Assembly (NCBI GenBank): GCA_000320545.1
Contig: ADNK01000487.1
Coordinates: forward strand, 13,736 to 77,735
DNA length: 64,000 nt
Direction: 5' to 3'
DNA from: Bigelowiella natans CCMP2755
Lineage: Eukaryota > Protista > Cercozoa
Under the pieces are notes generated by a model that ran no database searches, was not told the DNA's origin, and saw only the letters and a list, made by a program, of their open reading frames with translations. The position numbers and the translations under genes are program-made. Below, in pieces: positions 52,144 to 64,000 of the stretch; position 1 is the stretch's first letter; the number at the start of each line of letters is the position of its first letter.

Positions 52144-53097
52144 GGATTCAAAGTCATAGTTATATCAAAAGGAATGGAAATACCAGCAAATCGTTTGGTT
52201 GTCAATGGAGGAATTGCTCTGTGTCATTGTTATTCAATTATGAATATAGTATGTTAGTACGTGGATAAATTATAATTACTTTTGTCTTGCTATCGTGTGA
52301 TGGTCTGCTTCATTTGCAGTTGCATCGAACTTAGCTGTGTGTTTGTTACATGTGATGTTTCATTGTATGTGTGATAAGTTGTGTATAGTAAATTATTATC
52401 TGTATACCACTCCCTCGAAGAGAACACATAGACAAGAGCTGCACTACATATTGTATGCACACACACACATACATACATGTGAACATGGGGTCAAGTTGCG
52501 CTAAGCTTTCTATGTAATGTGATGACCAATATAAAGACACCCATCGTCTAATATATACTAACTCCAGAATAATGCGAGCTTACATGCACACCGCAGCAAT
52601 GCTTTTGTAATTACCAGCTATGCTTACCAAATTAAATTCTGTACGCTATAGACAAAGTATCGATCTATTGTGTACACACATACGTATACGTCTACGGTGC
52701 ACAAATATGTGTGTGAGCTTCTCTTTTGCTCTGCTAGTCTGTAGTCGTATATATCAAAAATATGCATACAGAACTCACGGCCTATCGTGACTTAATTTGA
52801 AAATAGTCTAGGCCATAGCATGTAATGCTGGCATTAAGCATTGCAGAATGCTATGATGCGAGTGGTTTCAACCACAGTGTATGTGGCCCGTTGCGAGATG
52901 TATGGAGCGTGCGTGCCAGATGCAGCTTGTATGCACATATAAGCCTACAACAAGCAAGCAGTTAGTATTATAATATGCTCACTTTAACATACATGAGGAC
53001 ATTATTATTGCGACATGTAAATAGATCGAGTCAAGCATTCAGCACGGCACATAGCCATAGAGCCATGTAACTGCTAATGTGTGAACGCGCGCGCGCG

Positions 53098-53137
<40 letters not shown>

Positions 53138-53162
53138 CGTGCATACGCATGTGTGTGTGTTT

Positions 53163-53210
<48 letters not shown>

Positions 53211-53401
53211 TTTCCTATATATATGTGTATATGTATTTACACATTAATGTAACATATACACTCAGTAGCAGCAACGAAAACATGTATCAGTTTGCATTCG
53301 TACTAAAATAGGCGCTAACTACTATTGAATGATGAAGGCAGTGTTCAATAATATACGTGACTAGCATGCATCCCTAGACGCTGTACTGCCCCTTTCTTCT
53401 T

Positions 53402-53944
53402 TCATTGTGGCGCGAGCTGATAGTCCAATCCGACCAGCACTCCTAAGTTGTCCATCACAAAGGTGGGCTGCTTCTCGGGAGGTGTTTGCAGTAGCTGCCC
53501 GTGCGACGTTACGCCCGTAAACGGCATGGCTGTCTTACAGTTCGCCTGCCTGCCAAGTGCTATATCAGTGTCTAATCTATCCCCCACGCACATCATCTCG
53601 CTTGGCTTTACGCCATATTTCTTCATGAGGAAGGGGAGGAGGAAGTCCCCGCCCTTCCCCGTGTTGACTGGGACCCTCCCTGTAGTAGAGGTGATGGCGT
53701 CGGCCATTCCGCCGGTGCCCGGCATGAATCTCTGGTTGTCCAACATGTCGCCCGCGTCCATGTTCGTGACGACGAAGTGGCAGTCCTCGTTGCTCCGGAG
53801 GTACTGCGTTGCAATGGCCAGCTTACGGTAGTTGAAGTTCGGGTCGTGGGCAAGGACTACAGCTTTCACCTACTCGAGCAGCACCCACCATAACCACCAC
53901 CACCATCACATAAAAGCGCTTGAGTGAACATTATGGCCAGGGAT

Positions 53945-53981
<37 letters not shown>

Positions 53982-54086
53982 AAAGAGGGAAAGAGAGAGA
54001 GGGGGGGGGGAGGGTGTTAGATGCTGGTCATATCTTTGTTGTTTGTTGTTTGTTTGCTCTCCATCGTGAACGGGGCGCTTATATTA

Positions 54087-54124
<38 letters not shown>

Positions 54125-54416
54125 GTCATATCCACACGGCACGTATGCATCTATGAGGCTGGCATGGTGTCAGATGTGTCGCATATGCGAGTGCGTTCTT
54201 TGCACCACATTAGCGAGGGAGGGAAGGAATCAATGGTAATAATAACAGTGTAGGACCCGGACTTTGCTTTCTATGCTTATGTATTCACTACCATACCTCT
54301 GAGTCTAGTTGGAAATTCGCAAGTTCTTGATTGCTCATCGTAGTGGCCTCTTTGGGAACTTCCACTAACTCGAAGCCGTGCCCTTGCAGCTCTAATCGGG
54401 TACCCTGAAGAAGAAT

Positions 54417-54451
<35 letters not shown>

Positions 54452-55585
54452 ATCATACTTTCGCGAATGAGGCCCGACTGGCAAAGAATTTTACGCAACG
54501 TAGAGGGGGAAATGGAAAATTTATTTTAAACGTAATTATTGAAATTGACCTCATCACCAATGAACAATATTTTGCCTTGAAACTTTATCGACTCAAGGTA
54601 AGCAGCCGCCATGTATGAAGCAGGCACAATCTCATTCTTCGTTATCTCTAAGCCGACCTACATTGATGTAGATGATGATAATTATGGCGATGGCTATGGC
54701 TATTTTGAGAGGGGAAAATGATAAAACTAAGAGACTTAGTGTAGAATTGATGATAATAAGCATATTACACTGATATTCGTGATGGTAGTGGTCACCTTCT
54801 TCCATTTCTCCACGTACTGCTCGCGACTTTTTGCTGCGTTGTTCGTCACAAATAGGACACGGATCCCAAGATCCCGAAAGCGTTGTAAGGAAGGTAATGT
54901 CGAAGGAAATACCCTATCACCTCTCCACAGAACTCCGTCCTGAATCATGATATTGGTAAAGACGCAGCGCAGCTCACAACGACATCCCTCTCCCCCTATG
55001 GTTGCATTTGTTGTTTCACATCTGGTGCTACCTACCCATAAGAATTTAAGGGATGCATCTATTTATGTGCACTACTACGACCTGATCAAGTATAATCGTA
55101 TTGATCCCTTCAATGGCTGATGGTCCAGTACTCGGGTCCAAGACTTGATAGGTCTGGGGAGTCGTGGTCTGCGTGTCCACGGTCGTCGTTGCGGTGTCCT
55201 GTGCACACCACAACAAATCAGGAGCTAATCCACTGATGGGGTTCACTGGCACTATGCGTCCCAGTCGAACGGAAGAAGTAAACACTGAGTGAAACGTTTG
55301 TGAATGGCATACCTGTGCACGACAGAGGCGATTGTTTACCATGCAATTGAGAGCTGTAACAGCGTTTCCCATCGCTGAGCAAATTCGGTGGTGCGACCTG
55401 CGATTTAGGTGAGAGGACGATGATCTTGAATGTAAAACTTTCCTAAGTCCAGGCTTTATAGATCCGCGCAAAAGACATCCGATTGTTAGAATCGCAGCGA
55501 TTGCGGCCAGTCCAAGCCGTTTGAACCCCAACGAAGCTGCATTTGCCCGTCTCCTTGTGGTCCCCAGCAGCCCCATCATCAGCAT
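53402..55585 (-). CDS. PGP: Plastid-targeted phosphoglycolate phosphatase / HAD-IIA (p-nitrophenylphosphatase family)
   Basis: HAD motif I IILDQ/DGVLWRG is split by an intron. Also LFVTNNAAKSR, TNMD...MPGTG, GK, and motif IV VGDRLDTDIALG...TGVT. The N-terminal hydrophobic segment (LGLAAIAAILTIGCLL) is followed by an S/R/H-rich transit-like peptide. Confidence 0.93.
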
Positions 55586-56394
55586 GGAATTGGACTAAGA
55601 TTATATGCTATATTCGAACAGTCCCACACGTCTGATGCAAAGTGGCAGGGTACGTTGGGTCGAAATCGAGGGACCGATCGCACCACACACTACTACGAGA
55701 AGCTTTTGAGGGCAGGGGCTCGTTCAGCTGGAACCTGCTCTACCAAGAGAACCCGTGCTGGACGGGAAGAACACCGGGATTTCCTTTGAATACCAAAAGC
55801 GAAAGCGATTTTACTGTGAATACGCTGGGCGAAGGATGTTTTTTTGGCCTTGCTCGGCTTGTTCCGCCCAGAAGGAAATGTCACGTATCATCACGGGACC
55901 TTTCGGCCTTCAGGCATTAAGAGCGCGCTCAGCCACGAGTCGCACTAGGAAAAGTTCATTCGTTCTCCCGCCGACAAATATCCTAGAAAAACATCGTAGT
56001 CTGCTTCTCCCAAACACCCCCCCCCAAGCTAGAAGAGCGATCTATTCGAAGGAAACTATGGGGTTTTCTCACTGCGACACGAAAAGACTCAGGTCTTTGG
56101 GGTGCTCTGACAGGTATTCTCAAGCTTGGTGCACAGGTAGCAGCGGAAATCACTGGGGAATTCATTTTGCGTCAAGGGATATACCATGTCGTAATGCAAA
56201 GAGGACGATGTTTCCGACTCGGTTCTGCGAGATTAAGATATAAGACACGCAATTCGAGACGGGGTCGTTGATAGGGCTACTTGTTGCTGGTTGTTTCCCC
56301 CCCTCCCCTCCCCCAGGAAGCTCTCCCCAACCGCTTGACGGAATTTTGGAAAATCCGTACTAGCGGTGCTGACTAATCCCCTCTTCGGAAAACT
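55586..56394. promoter_or_regulatory. Divergent intergenic region / probable bidirectional promoter
   Basis: About 810 bp between the head-to-head ATGs of PGP and GPAT. CpG is retained, with no microsatellites or GCTAGC arrays. Confidence 0.55.
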
Positions 56395-57734
56395 ATGAGA
56401 GAAGCTCAAAGACGGGCGGCAGCAGCTGCTTTCCTTACACTAGTCGCGGGTACGCTACTCGCGTGCTTGGCATCTATTTCAACATCCTCTCTGGGATCCT
56501 CCGGGAAAGGAGTAGGAAGAACAGGGAGGACCCTTCCGAATCGGGTTCTGATCAATAGAAATGCAGCAGGCTTGGGTCTGCTTGCTCAAAGACAGCTTAG
56601 GAGGAGGTACCCTCAAATACTCAGTATTTTTTTCATTAAATTCATACACATATCCTGACCAACCAGACCTGTGCATATGCTTTTCTTGTCAGTTCATATG
56701 TGGTGCATCATATTATGTCAAATTGTTGAGTGGTTATAAGGTGCCCTGTAAATAATTGGATCAACACTTCAGGCGGCAAATACAATGCCATTCTGAGGCT
56801 GAGATTCGCGCGATAACAAAGCAGACAATGGACTACCTCATGGCTTCTGCACCTGAGGTAAAATATTCTTTGAGACTTAAAAATCAGCTGCCGTCATATG
56901 ACATGACCCTTACCCGGGATAATGAACAGGGTTCGCAAATGAGGGAAGCAGTATCGATCTTAGATGGGTTCATGAACGAGTATGCAGATTCAAATATAAA
57001 GGCTAATACCCCGGCATCAAAGTACAAAGAAATAATGACCCAATCGGTAATTCATCATCCACAGGCGTTCTGTCGGTCGTTATTGCTCCAGATAAGAAAA
57101 GCGAATTACTCGATACTTTGGTTGTTCTGCAGGTGAAGCTGATGGGGGAGGCACTGGCGAAGGGACACCAGTTCGACATCTTGCATCGAGCTATTCGTGA
57201 ACCCTTTGATTATTATAGGGTAATGCCAGTATACTGTTCCTGATTAAATGCATCGAGGGAATGAAAACCTTAAATTTGGGTTAATTTTACCCCTACTCCT
57301 GTTTCTTTCAGTTTGGCGTGGAGTTCTTCAGGCCTCTCCTGGAAATGGATAGCTCAAAGTTATTGGGGGGGGAGAATCTAGAAAAAATAGTGTCTTACAT
57401 TGAACGTGGTGAAAATGTGATCCTGCTTTCAAATCACCAGGTCCCTACTATTATTACAGAAAACCAACTGAGGCACAATACTATCTTGAACACAATTCAA
57501 AATGCATGTGTGTACGCCCAATGGTACTACCCTGTCTTCTTCTTCTTCTTCTTCTTCTTCTTCTTCTCCTTCTTCTCTTCTAACTTGAACCTTTCTTCAG
57601 ACGGAGGTTGACCCTCAGGCAATCGAAATATTGCTGGAGGAGGCCGACTGCGACCTTGCAAGTCAACTTATCTTTGTCGCAGGACACAAGGTCGAATCGG
57701 ATGAGAATCATACAGCTCCCACTATTTAGCTTGG

Positions 57735-57781
<47 letters not shown>

Positions 57782-58512
57782 TACCACACACACAAACACA
57801 CACATGTATGGAATAACAACCTTTAATAAACAAATGCGCCACAGGTGACGACAGACCCTCTTGCTATTCCGTTTTCTCTCGGCCAGAACCTGCTCAGCAT
57901 ACACTCCAAGAAGTATATTGAGAATCCTCCTGAGAAGAAAGCAGAAAAACAAGCCCATAATACAAAGACTATGAAGGTTCGCGTCGAGAAACAAATAGAT
58001 ATGTTCCAACGAAAAAAACTACTAGCCCTAGAAACGTAGCAGCTCTCGTATCGCATAAGGGAATTGACGTCATCACGTATATCTTCAGAAAATGCAGGGT
58101 TTGCTCGAGGAAGGAGGGACATTTTTGTGGGTCGCTCCTTCAGGCGGTCGCGACAGGCCAGATCCACTGACTCGCGAATTCGTTGTCGCACCATTTGATG
58201 AGCGCTCGATTCAAATGTTCAAGCTCATGGCCCAGAAGGTATACTAATTTGGTATTATGTTGTTTTTTGTGTCCTTGTGTTGAAATATGCTGTCGGAGCG
58301 CGAAGATCTGTCGTCGTCATCGATAAGAATTTTTTCGCCGAAATACAGGCTGAAGGATCTTCCGGGAGAAAGACTCATTTCTTCCCCATGTCAATGCTGA
58401 CCCATGAGCTCGTCCCGCCACCAGATGGCATTAAAGCTGGCGTGGGCGAAAAGAGAAGGTTGTGCGATGACATACCAATGTCGTACCGTGGCGCACACAC
58501 ACACACACATAT

Positions 58513-58554
<42 letters not shown>

Positions 58555-58846
58555 GTATACGTATCTATATCCTAACCCCTTTTGTCATAAATATATATCA
58601 GCGCCAAGAGAGGTGCTGCGTGCATCTGGTTTGGCGATGAGGTCACCGATGACCACTCAGCGGGGAGGTCGAAGGAGGCTCAAAAAATGTAAGCTCACAT
58701 TAATATTTCAAGACATAGTTTGTGCATCTGATGGCTTTTTACATCACAGATTTTACGACAGCATTATGAACCAAGTTATAGAAAAATACGACACTTTGAA
58801 GAACGATCGGTCTGAGCAACTGAAAAAAATGGCTGCACAAATCTAG
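56395..58846 (+). CDS. ATS1: Plastid soluble glycerol-3-phosphate acyltransferase (ATS1-type)
   Basis: Signal anchor FLTLVAGTLLACLA followed by a transit-like peptide. Motifs HRAIREPFDYY, GENVILLSNHQ/TEVDPQ (HX4D), FVAGHK/VTTDPLAIPFSLGQNLLSIHSKKYI, WVAPSGGRDR and HFFPMSMLTHELVPPP. Confidence 0.95.
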
Positions 58847-59029
58847 TGTCGTAACTCGAAAATACTTACTTCATGTATTAGTAATACATATAAAATAGTA
58901 TGATTGTTATTCAAGTAGCGCGTGTGCAGTTCAGTTTTTGGGCAAGTAACAAAAGTATATGCACATAAATTTGTTTTTAAAACACAGCGAAAAAACCTAA
59001 TTGCATCGTACGTTACTGGCTGCGACATA

Positions 59030-59940
59030 CTGGCTATGCTATACTAGTATAGTTACTGCATATCTAGATGTTGCAACTTTGAGAACTAGTTCATGACATG
59101 GGCTTAATTGTACGTTGCGCGTGTCTAGACGTACGTGGTCATTCTAAGGTGTAAACCGATGGGTAGACAACAACACTGCAACAGACATGTGAGTCCATCA
59201 TCACAGAAATCCATCTTTAGATGCATACATCTAGCCTATGAGCCATGCTAGCATGCTAGCATGCACGATTCATTGGCGTGGGTTCTCAACTAGTCGCAAC
59301 CTGTCCACAGCAATTCAATGTCTAGATGTTGCGTTGTGCGAAAGAGGAAGGCAAGCCTGATTTGCACATTTGAAGCATGCTAGCATGCTAGCATGTAGCA
59401 CACATGTGCAGCAATGCTAGAATGCCAGAATGCTTCAGTACGCATGGCTAGATGGGCTGTGATTGCACCTCCAACCTTCATTGTTGCCCATTCCAGCAGC
59501 ATTGCTAGATTGCATGCTGGCATGCCAGCGTGCTGGCAAGCTAGCAAGCATGCTAGCATGCTAGCATGGCTAGATGGCCTAGTGGCATGCTTGCATGCAA
59601 TGATGGACACAGCTAGCAGACAGTCTAGCAGTGATGCTGTGTGTGTTGTGCACGTGTTGCGTTGCGTTGTCCATTGTGTTCTCATTCATCATTGCACGAA
59701 CGCGATCAACGTGCAACACGCACACGCTAGCACCCCAGCTGGGTGGAAGCGTGCGGTGCGTTGGTGCGGTGCTGCGGCAACGTGGCATGCACATGATGTG
59801 ATGGTGTGGTGGATCGGAAACCTGGGTGCGTGGTGCAATGCTGCTGCTTGTCCTCAAGTTCTGCGCACCGCACCAAAGCTTGGCATGGAGGGAAACTTCA
59901 ACCCACAGCTAGACAGCTGAGTTGTGGCTGCGCAAGCGCA
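59030..59940. repeat. GCTAGC/GCATGC palindrome-rich tract downstream of GPAT
   Basis: (GCATGCTA)n arrays at ~59244-59263, ~59375-59397 and ~59540-59570. Confidence 0.7.
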
Positions 59941-60483
59941 CATCACCTCCATCCAACGTCGATACGCACCGATCTGTCACTGTGTACAGAGGTGCTTCTG
60001 CAAGTGAACATGGTGACATGGTGGGCGGGAAGGTCTACGAGCGGAAAGAACGGTGATGCATTCAGGGCAACAACCTAGTCGGCTGAAGAAAAATGAATGA
60101 TGAATGACCATCGATGTGTTCCCGATCAAACTGACAACAACGATGAATCTCACTCTGAGCAACTGGCTTCATCAAATCCATTGTCATTTAGCTAGGATTT
60201 CCCTTGCTAATGATACGGAATACATGCTACCAATTCGTTCTAAACTCGTAGCAGTCGCAGCAGTTGAAGCAGTGCTTGCTGGGGGATATTTTTTTCCGGG
60301 CAGATGGTGTTTCCACCTACCGGGGTTTTCTGAGGTGCGACAATTATCATATCCTGTCGTCCATTAAGGTAAGGTTCCCGTATTGCTGGTCTGATGATGA
60401 TGATGATGATGATGGTGGTGGGCCCAAGCCCAGGCAGCTCTCGATAAGAACGAATCGCTTACTCACCCGTCTGGAGCTGAAGC

Positions 60484-60736
60484 ATGGGGAACCGTGCTTT
60501 CACCACCGTCCCTTCCACGGAAGTACATGAGTATGTGAGGGCTCTAAACCAGAAACTTGGCTATCAATACCTTGAAAAACTCGGGGGTGGGAAGGTTGTT
60601 AAGGTATTAGACGACTCATTACGACTGTAAGATTTTGAGAATGCGCATAATGTGATCTTCCGCTCTCTTTTTATCTTATATATGTGCACATAATTACTCC
60701 TCATCCGCCTCTCTTTCTTTCTTCTCTCTCTTTCTT

Positions 60737-60778
<42 letters not shown>

Positions 60779-62092
60779 AATGGATATAAACCAGTGTCTA
60801 ATTATGTGATCTGAGTGCACACATGCGCGCGTGCGTATGTATTTCCGTAATTTTCGCAAAAGATCGACAGAATTTCATGCGCAGCATTATTTGCAAACGA
60901 TTTTGACCAATATGTTATGTCATGATGATCGCAGACCTGCCTATGCCGCTACAAGGGAGAAGGAAATTGTATCTTGATAGTGTATGCAAAACCAGCTGGA
61001 ATTTCAGGGGTAGCAACTAGCTAGCTTCCAACATATAATTCATAGTTTTGGAGCAGAATGTCATCAATCAGTAATTGGTGTGCTGTACATGTCAGTCGGA
61101 TCTGGATGCCCGGCTCGGACCTTTTATCTCGCGACTGGAAGAAATCAATGAAACAGTCAATCTTTTCACACATCCTGGAGTGATCACGAGGAGATTTATC
61201 CATGAGACCAAGCAAGCGCTGTACTTCTCGCGCCAGTATTTTGCCTTCAATTTATTCGACAGGTTTTAGCAAAAGATTGATTGTCATCATCCCTCTCGAC
61301 GCTTCTTGAACTACTACTAAGGATGCCAATATATTCCATCTGCTGCTGCTGCTGCTGCTCAGGTTTCATGTGAGACCCTTTTTCTCCCAAGTCGACAAGC
61401 ACTGGATTGCATATCAGCTGCTGCAGGTAAATAGAAAATCTGATGGCGTGCTTCATGCAAGCAGTGTCGTTACTATCACCGCGACTAAGCCCGTCTCCTC
61501 TTTGTCGTCCTTCTCCTTCCCCCCCCCCCCTCCCTCTCTCTCTATCCTCTCGTGTTTTTGCTGCTGCAATTTTACCACGGCAGGCAACGTACCAACTCCA
61601 CAAGAGTGGGATTCATCATGGGGGAATCAAGTGCGAGAATATCTTGACGACGACGTGGAACTGGTTGTTCGTCACCGATATATCCTTCTACAAGCCGGTC
61701 TACCTGCCCGCAGACAATCCTTCAACATACAACACATTCTTTGATACGGAAAAGCAAAGGTGCCACCCTGGCGATGGATGATGATGAGGATGATGAGATG
61801 TTGATAAGATGATGATAGTGGTGATTGATGACGATGATTCCTGAAACAGACGCATCTTTGCAACAGACGCATGCGTGTATAAAATGTACCGAAATAACTT
61901 TGCTTCCAGCCAAGCAATATTCATAACCCTGTGGATTGCGCAATCTACTCCCCATTCCTTCTTCTCTATGCAGGACGGTGCAAGCATGTTACTTAGCGCC
62001 GGAAAGGTTTTACGACTCAAATGTGGGTTCTCCATTAGATAGCAAGGTAATATTTTTAGGTGGGTAGTAGCATCCATGGAGGAGCGAATAAA

Positions 62093-62155
<63 letters not shown>

Positions 62156-62770
62156 GGCTTCTACGGAATCGTATGTTGTTTTATCATGGTCGTCATCATC
62201 GTTGCTATCACTGATTATTTGGCCTTTTCTTGCACTCACCATCACACGCATGTCGCTCCTTAGCTCACCGAAGAGATGGACATATTCGCGGTGGGGTGCT
62301 GCATAGCAGAGATTTTCCTGGAGGGCTCAGTCATCTTTGACTATTCACAGGTTTCTTCCTAAGATTGAGAGGGCGGCAGCCTTTTTTCTTTCTTCGCTTC
62401 TTCTCTTCTCTCTCCTTATCCTTACCGCACCCTACAAATCCTCACCAGCTCGTTGCTGCCATCCTCTGCCCTTGTATCATCGTCGTTTTCTTCCTCCCCT
62501 CCTCTTCCTTCTGGTCACTAGATGCTTCGATATCGGATGGGGGACTATTCCCCCGAGGACACGCTGAAGAAGATAGGCAACCCTCATGTCAGGGCTATCA
62601 TACGCCACATGATCCAGCTGGACCCGAAGAAGCGGCTCAAAGCTGAACAATACCTCGGTCCTGTGTGCAAGAAGAACAAGAAGAAGAACGCAGCAACAGC
62701 GCGTTCCCCCCCCCCCCCAATTTTTACATTTACTGAGTGCTGTGTAGCTCCTCTCCTTGAGCTCAAACCT

Positions 62771-62805
<35 letters not shown>

Positions 62806-63219
62806 ACACACAAAAAAACAGGGATTGCAGAATGCGAGGGCGAAATCGGTGACTCTATTAAGGCGATCTTCCCTCCGTATGAGACAACACTACCCACCCA
62901 TGCTAAGAAGCAAAGGGACAGCAAATCCAACTACATCCGCAACAACAATGATGATAGCTATGACCAAAAAAAATAGTTCCCTGTGTATTTCCTTTACGAA
63001 AACGATGGGCATCTTTGGATCTTTCCGTATTCGAGAATAGCGGCTTTCGAATTTCTCCTCAATCGCTGTCCGTCGTCTTTGTTTGTCTTAGAGCCTTTCC
63101 TTCGTTCGTGTCAGGTATTTCGAGGATATGTACCATCTGTTGAAGAAACTTCTCGATCCTTCCTTTGCAGGTGGCTGGAGTTACGATTGCAGCGACTTAT
63201 TGTTGTAATCATCATCATC

Positions 63220-63251
<32 letters not shown>

Positions 63252-63340
63252 TACCAAAAGATGCAGTTGGAGTTGTAGGAATGGGATTAGAAATCACATG
63301 GGTGGTTATGGGTGTGGTGGCATCCGACGCAAGGAAATGA

Positions 63341-63372
<32 letters not shown>

Positions 63373-64000
63373 GCAGTGTTTCCCCTCTTTTAGCTGACAC
63401 CCTTCTTCTTCTTCTTCTTCTTCTTCTTCTTCTCCTTCTTCTTGCTTTTGTTCTTGTTCTTCCTCGCTCTATTTGTTGTATTATCACGTGGTGTTTGTCC
63501 GTGCTTAGACCCGGATCGAAAAGTGAAATACCTTCATCGAGGCATCGACTCCATCATCACCCTAATGTAGTACGGCTATCCATGACCATGATAGATAATC
63601 TACCTACCCTCACAATTTTTCTGGAGGTCTTGAGATGGCACCACCTCTTACTATCACCTTGTTATATTATCCCCCCCCCCCCCCTCTTTCTCTGCCACCC
63701 TAGGTTCAACGAGAGCACGAAGGTGTCTGAGAAGAAGGCATCGTCTTCGTCCTCGTCTGGGCCCTCAATCAACAACCCCCTTGTGAGCCACAGCGCCTCA
63801 AAAAGCACTGGCCAAGGTACCCCGGGGAAGCTCGGAGCTTCATCTCCATTCTCTACCGCTTCTCCTTCATGGAAGAAAACCTCCTTTTATATTGTCACTG
63901 AGCGTCGTGGCTCCCCCTTTACAACCACGCTTCTTCTTCTTTCACTCACATCGACATAAAGGGGAAGCAGGACATGACCGGGTCATCCGCGACCTCCAGT
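60484..64000 (+). CDS. VPS15: VPS15/PIK3R4 (class III PI3K regulatory pseudokinase), 5' part; runs off the window
   Basis: N-terminal MGNRAF (myristoylation-type start). Motifs RQYFAFNLFDR/FHVRPFFSQVDKHWIAYQLLQ, HGGIKCENIL..WNWLFVTD..YKPVYLPADNP...FFDT, CYLAPERF, MDIFAVGCCIAEIFLEG..IF and MIQLDPKKRLKAEQYL. Confidence 0.92.

Noticed and set aside
60104-60530. Short ORFs upstream of VPS15 as a separate gene or N-terminal extension
   Set aside because: No recognisable motif, and the MGN start at 60484 matches the expected VPS15 N-terminus.

Overview
Eukaryotic nuclear DNA: intron-rich (GT-AG) and gene-dense, with many microsatellites. Three genes have bipartite signal-peptide + transit-peptide leaders, which implies an alga with a secondary plastid. 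Overall style fits a chlorarachniophyte such as Bigelowiella, but this is inference only. I spliced the gene models by hand from the sequence. In order: FHA-domain protein (-); plastid-targeted PTC7/PBCP-type PP2C that appears to continue in frame into a C-terminal SAP domain (+); HpcH/HpaI aldolase (+); NEK kinase (-); long coiled-coil protein (+); a ~17.3 kb, ~5,400-aa RNF213/mysterin-like AAA+ E3 ligase (-); ADP/ATP carrier (+); three weak hypothetical genes; plastid phosphoglycolate phosphatase (-) divergent from plastid glycerol-3-phosphate acyltransferase (+); and the 5' part of VPS15 (+). The main finding is the RNF213-like gene. It keeps the CBM20-like N-arm, the AAA core and an intact RZ finger, but has a U-box in place of the RING and adds two Tudor-like domains and a ubiquitin-binding-type NZF finger. 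Also notable are the PP2C-SAP fusion, a VPS15 lacking both the beta3 Lys and the catalytic-loop Asp, and GCTAGC/GCATGC palindrome tracts found only downstream of gene 3' ends. No rRNA, tRNA, CRISPR array or intact transposon was recognised.
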